Source: Takakia lepidozioides (Eukaryota > Plantae > Bryophyta). From it: 64,000 bases of DNA. Shown here piece by piece: positions 11,913 through 24,480 of this stretch (positions are counted from its first letter, which is position 1; each line of letters opens with the position of its first letter). The DNA lies in the NCBI GenBank assembly GCA_030704615.1, contig CM060731.1, positions 50,902,001 through 50,966,000 of the forward strand, in the 5' to 3' direction. The notes beneath the pieces were generated by a model that did no database searches, was not told the origin of the DNA, and saw only the letters and a program-made list of their open reading frames with translations. The position numbers were made by a program, and so were the translations under genes.

Positions 11913-13300
11913 TTCTTGGTCGGAAAGAGCTTCAATCGTCATTGATGTTTGAAAGAATCTGTTTGGTTCACCACTAGATGGACGTCGACTTTGGTAGCCA
12001 GAATGGTGGAAAGAGGGTTCCTCATTCTTACCATGAGAGCTTCGGGGTTATCGCTTCCTCCCATAGCCTTGACTCTAAACGCGAGTCTGCTCTCTTCTTG
12101 CAGCAACCTGCTTGAAACTTGAGCAAAAGTTCGTAGTTGCATGTTGCCGGTGAAGGACTGTAGAACCCCACTATAGATGTCAGGAAGAGTGTTGAGCATT
12201 CTTTCGACCAAGTCTCTGTCAACAACTGCTTCCCCGATACCCGTGAGTTCAAACCCAATTTCTTGGATCTTTGCAAGATAATCTGCAACAGACGTACAAT
12301 CACCAAGCTTGATCGTAGTTAGCTTGTCCTTTAGCATCAAACGAGTTGCATTGTTAGGAGCCATGTACAAATCAGCAAGGTACCTCCAGCTCTGTTTGGA
12401 ATCCAAAAAAGTGCAATGGAAGGCATGATATGGTCTTTGACAGAAAGATTCAAAGTGGTGAGAGCTTTCACTCTCATCTTTCGCATGTTCTCAACTTGAT
12501 CAGCATTCTGAGGGTCAAATGCTCTAGTGGGAGTGAGGTGATCAATGATGTCCCTTTAGTCCTCTCGAAGGAGGATATTCTTGAGTCTGAATTTCCAGGT
12601 TGTGTAATTCGAAGGGCCACTCAACTTGTTAACCTCGGAGACCGGATCTTGACTGGTCATTGGGAAAGTGAAGAAAGAAAGAAAAAGAATCAGTATTTAT
12701 TGAGTAAAGAAGAAGGAAACCAAACTTGTAGTGAACAAGGACAAATAAACGCGACGGAGCTGAGCTCACGCTATGCTAGACACAATGATCTTTAAGGAGC
12801 TAAGCTCACTTACAATATTCTTGGACAGGCAAAAGTGAGGGAACGAAGCTGTGCTCACGTTCTTGGACCTCAACAAACTATTCAGTCATGCTAGGCTCTG
12901 ATACCATGTTGACATTTACAGATCACAGACTAAGTGTACATCAAATTGAATTCGAGAGTATATATACAGTTGGAGTTGCAGGCACAACTCCATGTCATCG
13001 TAACTCAAGGGTAATCTTGCTACCTGCTAGAACCAACTAGATGGTACCATGTAAAACTACCGGCTAGCTACAAGTCAAGTGCGGATAATCCAACATGCGC
13101 TGCATTATACTTCAATTCCTTACATGAGAGACCAGCCAGGATAGCAGCTTGTGATTGGCGATATTCTAACTTCAAACCTCTAGAGCACTCGATCGGTAGG
13201 AGACTCAAAATATGAAGTACTGTACGTAAAATCTCAAGTTTGTAAATTTTTACATGATCCATGGCCTGCCCAGTCTGATTCATACTGAGGGCCGTTAACA
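11913..13300 (-). mobile_element. Ty1/Copia LTR retrotransposon, 5' part only (LTR, PBS, degenerate gag)
   Basis: Minus-strand LTR 13300-12907 bounded by TGTT...AACA and containing a TATATA tract. It is followed immediately by the Met-initiator PBS TGGTATCAGAGC (12906-12895). The gag ORF 12406-11939 is UBN2-like (LKDKLTTIKL...SVADYLAKIQEI...LVERMLNTLPDIY...LLQEESR). pol is absent from the window. Confidence 0.85.
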
Positions 13301-13327
13301 GGAGAGACTACATTTAGGTTGGGTGAA

Positions 13328-16009
13328 CCCCTCAAGGACGAGGCGACCCGTATCGGGTCCGGTCGAAATTTCGATTGGATGATAAATGTGCAGATCATGT
13401 TAGATGACAATGATTCCTGAACAAAAAGCGTAGCCCATAAATATTTACGGCCCCCCTATGTTGATTGCACCCTAAAAAATCTAATCCCCTGCCATCAGGA
13501 TTTTCTGGAATCTGGAGGGGTACCCAAAATCTTGTGGTTTTGGGCCCACTAGCAGGTTGACTGGCAGACGTGGCAGGTAGGCTTGGGCGGGGGGTGGGCG
13601 TTTGCCGGCAGCGGGTAACAACGGGGGGCTGCATGTCCGCACGTGCGGACAGCGGTGGACTCCCGGTAGGTGCGAAACGCCAGGCATGCGGCCCAATCAG
13701 GTGGCAGCTGGCGGGGGCGGGAGCTTCTCTCTCGCTCTATGCGTTTTGCATATCGTGTCATGAGTGCTACGATTGTCTCCTTGTAATTGAGCTTTTGCTT
13801 TGTTCTTTCTTGGTTTTTGCTTCGCTTTGGCTTTGCTGCGTCAATCTTATTTCTCCTAGGATTGCTTGGTTTCATTTTTTTGGGAGCTCAAGTGTCGCTG
13901 TCGAGGAGCAGGGGGTGGCTGCGCGTCTATTCCATTTGTTGGGATCGTCCTTGACTTTGCCTTTCCAGTGGCTCCTACTCTTTACACCTGCTCATTACCT
14001 TCGTGTTGGGGCGCATGTGCAGCGACGACGCTTCATAGGTATTGCGCAGCCATCTAACCACTTATGCATTTGCATTTGCTTGATATTGTCTGCCTGCTTT
14101 GCTTGATTTGTCTGTGCATTGAATGTTTGTGGTTTGTGGGTAGCAGGGATTCTATGGCGCCTAAACGCAAGGGATCTGAGCTGCTTGAGCCCCCACATCC
14201 CCCACCCGAGCATGCAGTTGCGGCAGAGGTTATAAGGATGTGGGCGCAGGAAGAGCAACATTGCACTGCAGAGCAATGCCTGCCCCAAAGAAAGCCGCGG
14301 GAACCCGTTTGCTATCCCGGGACGTATGACGCGGGCTGGCACCTCACGGGCTACCAGGTAATTCTAGGTTGTCTTTGTCCTGAGTTTCTGACCTCTTTGC
14401 CTCTACCGCCTGCTGCCAAACGCTGGCCGCGCCATCCTCGTCCTCATAACTTTCGATTTCCTTGGCGGAGGCAAGTGGCTTCTATTCTTGGTTGGAGAGA
14501 GAGGGGAAATACTGTGCGATTAGGATGTATATGCCTAAGAAGCTATGCAAGTGGGGCATCAAGGTGTGGGCGTTGGCTAACTCGGAGACCAGCTATATGT
14601 ATGATTTTCAGGTATATTGTGGGAAAAATGCAGGGGGCCCTAATGGTGAGAGGCTGAAAAGTGGGAAGGGTGAAGGCTATGATGTGGTGTGTGGGCTTGC
14701 GTTGCCAGTGGACTCCATGGTTTGGGGCATGTAATTGTCATTGACAATTACTTCACTTATGTTCAGCTTTTGTATGATTTGGCCAAGCTTGGTATATGGG
14801 CCACTGGCACAGTTCGTGTGAACAAAAAAGGCCTCCCTCCCTCCTTGCTATCCAAGAAAAAATCCAAGACTGCCAAGCAAGGCCGGTCCTGGTACAAGAT
14901 GCATGTTTCCATGAAACTTGAGGCCGTGTTGTGGTGGGGCAAAAAGGGGGTAGTCATGATGTCATTTGCAGCTAGACCAACATGCATGCCTTCTTCTCCT
15001 GTTACCGTGAGACGCTTTGTGGGACAGAAAAGAGTCTTGGTGCCATCTGTGCCTACCCATGTGCAATATCAAACCTATATACGAGGGGTAATTTGGGGGG
15101 GGGCGGTTTTGGGTGTTTGCTGGTTTTGGGCTGACCATTGGGGGGTTTGGGGAAGGGGAAGAGGGACATGGCAGCTTGCTGGGGAGGTTTCTTGGCTTGG
15201 GGTGATGACACAATGGCCAGATCAGGGGGTTCGAGTCCCCCTCAGTTCATAGCTCGTGTTTTTGAGTATGCTTCCTTGTGTGACTATGGGAAGCGGTTGG
15301 CCGTTGGCAAGTCATAGAGGGAGAACGCTGAAACGTAGGGTGGAGGTCCCGTGACTTGCTTGGTTTGTGATGACGTGGCCGGATTTGTTGGCCGGAAATG
15401 TCCACCGGCTCCGGCAATTCTTGGGCAGAGCTGGGATTCAAGTAAGAATTTGGTTTTTTGGCAATCTTTGCCTACAAACAGCTTAGAATGTGGAAAGTTT
15501 TTCCAGGGTACTTGGTAGGTAGGCAAACAACAACATGACCAGAGGAATTTGGATTCCCTCACAAATTGCCCCACATTTGGGGTGTTTTTCCCGTGAGAGA
15601 AATTGGCATTTTGACCCCCCTGTTTTCCCATACAAAGCAAGCATTATGCATTTTGGAATTTGGCTTTGGAATTTTGGGAGGGTTTGCTATAGGTGCCATA
15701 TAATCTGAATCTGGGTAGGCTGTATCAATGAAAAATAAAAACGGTTGGCAATCTGCTTGGTCAAACCAAATTTTCATGTTGAAAATATATCCAACAACAA
15801 AAAAAAAAAACCTATAACTTTTGTTATAATCTTCCACTTTAGATGGTCAAATCTCCTGAAATTTTTACTGCAGGTGCATGAAGTAGGTAGGATGACTTTG
15901 GAACGGTTCATCCCCTCGGATGTTTGTCAAATGGGAGATACACCCTCATCCATGTAAGGTATGTCTGGTTTTGGACAGGCCCACCAAAAACAGGCTCGTT
16001 CTTGAGGGG
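13328..16009 (+). mobile_element. piggyBac-family DNA transposon, internally deleted and non-autonomous
   Basis: TIRs CCCCTCAAGGACGAG (13328) and CTCGTTCTTGAGGGG (ends 16009). Right flank is TTAA (16010-16013); left flank is TGAA (13324-13327). Frameshifted DDE_Tnp_1_7-like transposase lies inside. Confidence 0.85.
14500..15090 (+). pseudogene. piggyBac transposase fragment
   Basis: YMPKKLCKWGIKVWALANSETSYMYDFQVYCGK and, after a frameshift, GHVIVIDNYFTYVQLLYDL...GIWATGTVRVNKKGLP are the characteristic piggyBac/PGBD motifs. Confidence 0.85.
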
Positions 16010-16849
16010 TTAACCGAAAGAATGTTCCCATATGTCCTCTCTGACATCTACAATTCCTCTTCAAGGTTCACTTCCATCCACTATTGATCATCCATGGGAA
16101 CTGAAGCGTGGCAAGTAATCTGACGCAACCCGATTCGGGTTGCATCGTCCTTTAGGGTTAACATGGAGACTAACAATACACTGTGTAGCATTAGATAATC
16201 GATATTTGCATCTTCTAAAATTTGTACACAAGGAGGATGATGAAAAGATGGACGATATGAGTTGGACAAAAATCATCATCAAAATTATGTACATCTTTTG
16301 AGGAAATTTGCTATTTATAAATGTCGTGGAGGTGGGCTCGTATAGTGGGAACATGCACTTCCTTAATTACGACTATTAGAAGGTGTCCACATTTCAAATA
16401 GAAAGCATTAGTTCTTCGGGTAAAATGACATTTTAAATTACGTCTGCTTTGGAATCAGTCTTTTGCCTTGTTGACATGCGCGTTTTTCAGCTGTAAACAA
16501 TTATTATTCTATATTGATGGTTTGTATATGTTTTGTTCTTTTTTCTTTTTACATTACTTGAGTTGTATAAGTAAACATACATCATTCCAGTTTTCTTGAT
16601 GTTGTGTCAAACCTAGTGTTGCTGGCAAAAGGTTTGGATATAACAAAATATTCTCTCACTTGCTTAATTTGGATGTTGGCTGCACTAAAACAACAAGTAT
16701 CAAATTTGAACATGTCTATGGTGATTCTAATTTATGGAATGAGTTAGCACTTAAAGCATAATCGTAGGCTCAAGTCAATCAACCCAAACTATAGTCAATG
16801 CAAACTAAACCCAACACATCTCGGATCTTGCAGCGACACCGGAGAAGGA

Positions 16850-17620
16850 TTTGATGTGTGGCCCTTGCCCATGCCCATATCAAGTTAACAGTGGCGTTAA
16901 TATTCATGTATTCTCTAGACACTCAAAGACGTCATGCACCATAGTTAAATGTGATATTTATAAGAACCAGATCTGAAATCACCCCGTAGTTCAAGTTGCG
17001 CGGCACTTGCGTATGTCTCCACTAACGTTGTGCACCGAGACGGATGAGATTATTCGAAAGTGCAACATCACTGCACATTTTGCACCTATGGATTTATCAG
17101 CAAACACAGCTACGGATATCATGTTGGTTGTTCTAAGACACCTAGGTCTTGGTGTGTAATACCCGGACTTAGGACATTATTTTAGGTCATTTCATCTCTT
17201 GAGGAATGTGTTTCTTTATGATGATTTTGAGGTGCAATTGTGGAAATTGTGCATAGGAGGTGGACAAATGTTGTGGCCCCTCGCCATATCAAGTTGAGAG
17301 CGGCGTTAGTATTGATATATTTTTTACAAGTTCAAAGACATCATTTATCATATACAATGTGGCATGCACTTGTGAGAATTAGGTGTCAAATCCTCGCATC
17401 GTTCGAGTTGTGCGGCACTTACATATGCCCTCACTAGCGTTTTGCACCATGGCAAGTGAGAATTTATTCAAAAGCACAATGACATTGCATATATAATATT
17501 TTGCACATGTGGATTTTATTAGCTCTTAACGTGGTGGTCAATATCATGCTGGTTGTTGTAAGACACCAGGTTTGGGTGTGTAGTACCCTGATTAGGTTGT
17601 TATTTTAGGTCACTTCGCAT
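16850..17620. repeat. Diverged direct duplication (about 400-bp spacing)
   Basis: CATATCAAGTT...GGCGTTA, GTTC(A/G)AGTTG(C/T)GCGGCACTT and ATATCATG(T/C)TGGTTGTT..AAGACAC blocks each occur twice. Confidence 0.6.
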
Positions 17621-19097
17621 TGTTTAGGTATACGTTTCATATTTTATGGTTTTGATTTTCTATTGGACAATTGTGCAATATTTATGGGAATAGGGGGATC
17701 ATCCATGACAGTATATATCGCAATAGCTCACATGCAAGAATCTTCAAGAGGCAAGAGAATAATTCGTCTCGTGCAATCTCCCGGTTGGTGACCTTGGCCT
17801 CCAAGTTGGCGGACCTGGCTTTCGAGAGAACCCAATCTCAACTCCACATCCTCATGTCTCTGTCACTGCCAATATCGCTTCTGCTTCCGCTCCTAGGGGT
17901 GCGGCTGGGTGGGGGCTGATGTGAACAGTCGGCCACACACCTATATTGACCGTCTTTAGTCTAAATTAGGCTTGGAGGCTATTTTTTTCCAATAAAAATA
18001 TTTTTTATCTTCATAGTCTTAAGATTATCAATTATATCTGTCACTGTGTTGAGTACTAGTGCCACCTGTCCCTTCAGCCGAGGCATCCGGTCCCTGATCG
18101 CGCCGTAAAGTCTGAGGCTCCAAATGAAAAACCTCCAACCCTGTTATCCCGTCACCCAATTTGGGGGCGTAACCCCGCATTCCTTTGAATCAAGGGATTT
18201 TTCGTGGTATTCATCGCCACACTTCTCAAACACATCCAGACATGTGGTATAAAAAGTTCTCCAAAACGTGCAACATGGACTGCAAGCCATTGAAGATACA
18301 ACTCCGGTCTTGACAATTGTAAGATAATCAAAGAAAAAGAGGAAGACCCAACAAATCCATATGAAGGGAAGCTGAGATGGCGTGTGGCACATTAGAACTA
18401 CAAGAGAACTATTTAAAAACATGGCAAGTAAGAAATGAAGAATGGAAGGACATAAATGAATCAACTTATAATGCAATGTAATTCTACTCAATGTCATGAG
18501 TTTTTTTTCTTATCTATGGCGTCATTGAGAAAATGGGCTTCATAAACACTAGACTTCAAACCTACAAGCATACCATAACTTGGGATGGAGAAAAAAAGGA
18601 ATTGTCAAGTAGTTTGGAACCCATACAGTCGTTGGGAATTATCCGTTATATGCATCAAGAGTTGCAAGTTGACGTTTCATGCTTTTCCATAGTCTTGCAC
18701 AATGTTTATCTAAGGTCAATGTGATATGACATCACAACAATGGAACTAAAAAACTTTGTCTTCACAATAAATTTAACAATTGTCTGAAAGAAGTCAAAAC
18801 CATGACGGTTGTTTCATATGTATGGGTTTGATTTACTATCTTTATTTGTGACTACATGTACATTATCCCTTTGTGTATATTTAAGAAAAACGTGGAGAAG
18901 TTGAGGCAGAATCTGTGCAAAAACATGGATGATAGAATTGTACCCACCAAGGCAATCGTCCTTTCATTGTTGGTCATCAGGGTTTGTTCAACACTAGCAA
19001 GCTCGACATCCAAGACCTGACTGATTGAACGCAACGGCACTAATCCCAATTCTAACCCCGGTACCAAGAGCATACTTCACTTCAGAGTAGTATCGCC

Positions 19098-19480
19098 ACA
19101 CCACAAAATCCGAATCAGGTGCAGCTGCCGGCGAGTGCTTCGCACTAATGGAGCTCCCAGCCTGCAGGGATGGTGTCAACCCAATGAATTCCCTGCACCC
19201 AGTTGGCTCTAGAAATAACTAATTTGCGAAGAGATTTTGTAGCTACAATGAGGGCGGCTTTATCAACGGTACCTCTCGCTGTACCACAAAATCCCAATCA
19301 AGTGTTTCTGGCGAGTGCTTCGCACTAATGGAGCTCCCAGCCTACAGGGATGGTGTCAACCCAGCAAATTCCGTGCACCCAATTGGCTCTGGAAATAACT
19401 GATTTGCGAAGAGATTTTGTACCTGCAATGAGGGCGGCTATATCAACGTACCGCTGCACCACAAAATCCCAATCAAGTGC
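19098..19480. repeat. Tandem duplication, about 180-bp unit, 2 copies plus a partial
   Basis: CCACAAAATCC...GGCGAGTGCTTCGCACTAATGGAGCTCCCAGCCT.CAGGGATGGTGTCAACCC...GAAGAGATTTTGTA...ATGAGGGCGGCT is repeated 180 bp apart. Confidence 0.85.
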
Positions 19481-20139
19481 TAAATATGAAGGAAATTGAC
19501 ATGCAATAACCCCATCTTAAAACTGATTCTCATCTAAATGCTCAATAAATGGTGAGGAAGTCCTCTTCCTTCATTGGGAAATGGAAAGGTGACATTGGCA
19601 TATGCACTGTATCGCGACGGAAAAAATGATCCCAAGCCATCACAACTTATTCGTGTAGCAAACTACAAAGATGCAAAACGAAGTATGCAAACCAAACACA
19701 TACTCAGGTTTGTCCTACACCGAAGTTAATGATAATGAGCTCATAGATGACACAATGGCCAATGCACAAAATATATCAACTTTTGATATTAGAAAATTAG
19801 AAAATTTAAAAAATATGTATTTTTTTTGTTTCTTGGTGCTTGCCGTATATTCTAGACCAAATGGACATTTGTGGACTGTTGTTGATGTGGAAAGTTCAAC
19901 CGCGGCCACTTACTTTTGGCAAGCAAGGAGGAGAATAATTTTATTTTAGTTTCGTAGATATTTCAAGGTATTAGGATTTAAACCCAAAATCATTTGGGCA
20001 GCAATCACACAAGAGCAAAGACATAGAAATGAGTAATACAACAAATTACATTCACAAGAATATTCAATAAATGTAAACTAATTATCGTTTTGATTAACAT
20101 CTCACGTTTGTTTTTCTTCCACATCCGGACATTTGATTG

Positions 20140-20910
20140 GACGGAGAAGTCCATGATTGTTGCATGAGACTCTTTTGTTGCATCATGGTACAACAATGAG
20201 TTGTCGAATCGTTATGATGTTCAAGTTGCACAATGTTTATACATATCCCCATAATAGTTTTGTTCCACGGCCAATCAAGTGATTCAGAAAAGATTTTTCA
20301 TATCTTTGTTTGTAGATATTAGACTACTAGCCAAGTCGGTGGTTGATATTATGTTGGTAACTGAAATACATCCATATTTTGATGTGAAGCACCCTAAAGA
20401 TGGACTTAGGAGTTCATGATTGTTGCTCGAGAGTTAAATTTTGTCACATCATGGTACAACAACAAGATGTCGAATCGTCATGACATTTGAGTTGAACAAT
20501 GCCTATATATATCCCACAAATTTTTTGTTCCATGGCCAACAAATGATTTCTTTATTTTTTGAAATTATTAGTTAAGTCGGTGGTTGATATGTTGGTAGTT
20601 GGATTATACACATATCTTTGATGTAGAGCATGGCGAGGTTGGACATAGCAGTCCACGATTGTTGTCCAAGAATTTCTTGCCGCATCATGGTGTAACAACA
20701 AGATGCCGTCGAATTGTCACATCATTTGAGTTTCACAATGCTTACACAATGCACATGTCACCGCAAGAGTTTTGCTCCATGGTCAATTAAGTGATTTAGA
20801 AAGAAAAAAAAATAGACAACAAATTTTGCATGTATTACATTAGTACTAGCCAAGTTGGTAGTTGATATCATGCTCGTAATGAAAATATATTCACATCTTG
20901 ATGTGGACAA
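20140..20910. repeat. Three diverged tandem units of about 250 bp
   Basis: CATCATGGT.(.)AACAA...GTCGAAT.GT...GTTGATAT blocks occur near 20181, 20447 and 20683. Confidence 0.65.
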
Positions 20911-23529
20911 TATACAATGTGAAGATTTAGTAACGTTTTTTGTTGTTGTGAGAATTGTGAGCCCCTATTCTGAATCAACATTGTCATATTTGTATTAGGT
21001 TTTCAATGGCAGTTGCCATGCATTTTCAACATTTTTTTGCAAAGGTTTTGTTGCATTTGCTTAACAGATTCTGGTTGAATCAAGAGTATCACATTTGTAA
21101 CAAACTTCAACAAAAATCTGACATTCTAATGTAGCCCTATTTGAAGAGCTTTTTTGGAAGGTTGAGGAAATAAATGGATGAAATGCATGAAATGGTGCGA
21201 GCGGGATAAGTCGCCAGCTGGGCGTGGGCGCCGGCGGTGTCTCTCTCTCATGGTGTCTACATGGCGTAGAGCTCACAGATGGAATCGATGGTGGAGATGG
21301 CTTGGAGCTCACAGAGACGTATGTGCTTTAGAATAAATTTGTTTCTCCAAGCTCGCAGAGACGCATTGAGCTGTTTGTTTGAAGTAGAGTTTTTCGAAGT
21401 GGACAAAAGAATCATGAGCGAGGACTTACTCTCTTCTGAACTCAATGTCCGACGCCCTCATGCTCTCAAGGAGAGAGCGAACAAGAAGCTTCACCACATA
21501 AGTGGAGGTGACATAGAGGATGACGACAATGGCCTTTCATGTGGTAAGGAACAAAAGGCATAATTTCTTTAGCAATGTCAAGTCTTTAGCTTAGATCTAC
21601 TACAGAAATGTCCAGCAAGGTTGGGTAAAAGAACGATCAAAGAAAACACGCAAAACATGATACGAAAGCTCCAAAGGGTTTTTCCAGGTCCATGGTGCAA
21701 AGACTGTGTTCTAAAAAGGGTAGGAGGTATATTGTAGCGCAGCAAAAAGTGCAGATTCGCTCACATAGCTAAAGAAGAAAGAATCAAAACCTGACGATTA
21801 TAGCACTGTAAGCTGGAACTTCTTATTCGCAGAAATTAGAAGGCGCTGTGATGACCCCGAGTGGCATAAACAACAAAAAGTGGCGGCCACTACTGGTCGT
21901 CTGTCCAAGGGCCGCACGCAACACCTTGGGAGTGGTGGGGGGAGAGGGTTTGTGAGCAAGTTTGTCAGTGCACGACCTTTTTTTAGCCGATGATTGAACC
22001 GAACTGAAGTTAAATGATTTTTCTTGTTTATTCTTACAGAAAAAAATGTATGAGAAGCATCCAATGCCTCAAGAATAGCAGTTTTTTGTAGCAAAAATGA
22101 TGTATGTCTTGTTCAGGTTTATGAGAGCAAGTGACATTGTCCTAACTTCCATGCAACGAACACAACATTAATGACTCCCGGTCTAGGAATGAAAATGCAA
22201 TAGATTCCTACATTTCGAAATACTCAAGTGCGGGCTCTGACTATTCTGGTAAATTTTACAAATTTCTATTTTTGCCCTTGACTTGCTACGCACAATTGAT
22301 TTTATTGTCCTATCAGAGCTGTTTGTTGGACAAGGCCTGGCGGTAATCCTATTATGTTGTCTGCAACCTTGGGCAGGTTGAATGATCAAGAACAAAATAG
22401 TCATGTCAGCATGTACATAGGAGATAAAATTACCTCTTGAATGATCCTCAACATGCAACTTTGATATAATTGGTAGTTAGTTGTGTTGAGATGCAAATGA
22501 GATGCAAGTGAATGCCATTAACATAACATTCAATCATATCATTCACTTCAAAGAAGACCGCATTATTTAATGGTGACTCAAACGAGGAAATATACATGGA
22601 ATAGGTAGAAGGCTTCAAAGTTGGAGGGGGAAAAAAAACATGTTTATCGATCAAAGTAAAAGCAATGGATAAAAGTAGACAGCTAGATAGTAGAATATCA
22701 AATTCGGCTCATTTGTCTAGCGATAACAATTTGCAAGTTGTTAGTGACGCTGATTCTTGTGTGTACTATAGTCATAACAAAGTGGAAACCATTGCTAGTA
22801 GTTTTATACTGGATGACGGAATATTATTCTCCATAAACCCGCCCAACGTAGCAGGTACTCATGTAATGGTTATCTAACAATCATTGACAATAGCATTAAA
22901 CGCATGATTGAGCACCAAAGATCTGTGTACTTACACGTGTGTTATTGAGTTATTCCTTGTTTCTTTGTAGAGCTTCAATATTGTGCTTGATCATGAATAT
23001 GATAGACAATGGTCCTCCAAATGGCCGACCTCCCTAACACCCCAACTCCTAGGAAAATGATATGGAAATGATGGTTGGAAGAAAGACAAAGTTGTTAATT
23101 GAGGGTTTTTATGGAAAATAGTCAACATAATACCCCTACGTCATGTTGGTGATTATTTTGCAGAGAACCAAATACCTTGCTAGTTCTATAATGGGCAACA
23201 AGAGAAAACTTAGTGGAACACTGTCTCATCTTTTGTGATCATGATTTGGCTTGAAGAGTTTTGTAGCTTGTAGCTATATACTTTGTACGCAAATTAGAAA
23301 GCCGATTTCAATTTCCTCTTGTTGCAATTAGCGGCTGGCCTTATAATGAATTCCAATGTTGGTGGGCTGGCTTTATGGAGCTCTTATGGTTTGGGCATCT
23401 CTGAGAGAGCATGTCCTTTGAAATTTATGGTAGGTTAGATGCAACTTTGTTGGCTCTTCCCTATAAGGGAGAGACCACACATTGGTAAAAATGAGTAAGA
23501 TCTTGATATACCTCCAAGTCTAGATAATC

Positions 23530-24480
23530 CTACGTGAAGCATATAATCCTCCCCCACTTAAATGTTAACTTGAATGTACCTTGATTGGATAAGACCCATA
23601 AATGAAGGGTATGTACCCTGATTCTCAAGTCTACGCAGCTCGAACCCTAAGGGAAGTCCTCATATCCAAGAAGACGAAGTGGTCTTGAGCGAGGCCGCTA
23701 AAATAACTCAGATATTGCTATGATGAAGGGAGATGAGTGGAGGCAATTCCGTCGCCGATTGGGCGATCTTGACATGGATTGTATTTCCGTCAAGTTGATT
23801 CATGAAGATGTGAGATGCGGCAGTTGTTGATACAGTATGGCCAGAGCAGGTTTTGCAAGCTTCCCAGCTTGAATATGCTCGGGTGGTCATGGTTCTCACC
23901 ACTCACCATCTCTGGTATGCTTTGTGTGTACTCATGATGATGATGATTAATTGTACATTTCTTCCTGCTTGGGACGATCTACCTTGTCCCTTTCTACACT
24001 ACACTATTCCGGTGCAAGCATAGCCACAAGTGTCACTCAACTTACATGACTAACAATAGTTCCACATCGTTTTTTCAGGTATGGTTTGTACAGAAGATTA
24101 TAAATTAACTCCTAAATTCTTCTAAGGGATGTTTTCAGACGTGCATTAGAACCATATTAGATCGGGCTAATTAATATATGCAGAAGGATTAGAATTACAA
24201 TTGACACGACTGAAATTAAGATTTGGGTAGCATTGATAAGAGGGTTTTGTGAAGGCAGTCATGATGTGTATCCAGTTCTTTTGGCCTTGCTCACGGGCCA
24301 TGGGGATCAGACTTGACACTTGTCTTCAATGATACTTGTAGAGGGATCATGTAGGAGGTAATAATTAAATGAAGAAGGTGCTACCAGATGTGAAAATCTA
24401 TGCGGAGTGTAGGACAAAGTGGAGGGATGCACAAATCCATTACAACATGGGAACAAGTTCTCACTAAGTGACTCTATTCG
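23530..24480 (-). mobile_element. Possible highly decayed Ty3/Gypsy 3' relic (polypurine tract, integrase/chromodomain traces)
   Basis: Minus-strand TTAAGTGGGGGAGGA near 23546-23560 resembles a PPT, and upstream YSSWE resembles a chromodomain remnant. Very degenerate. Confidence 0.3.

Noticed and set aside
13549-14657. Long overlapping ORFs at the piggyBac 5' end as host genes
   Set aside because: No recognisable domains. They are GC-rich transposon leader sequence plus a truncated transposase N-terminus.
21279-21800. Possible gene or TE protein fragment
   Set aside because: Coding-like composition, but interrupted by stops and with no motif I can identify.
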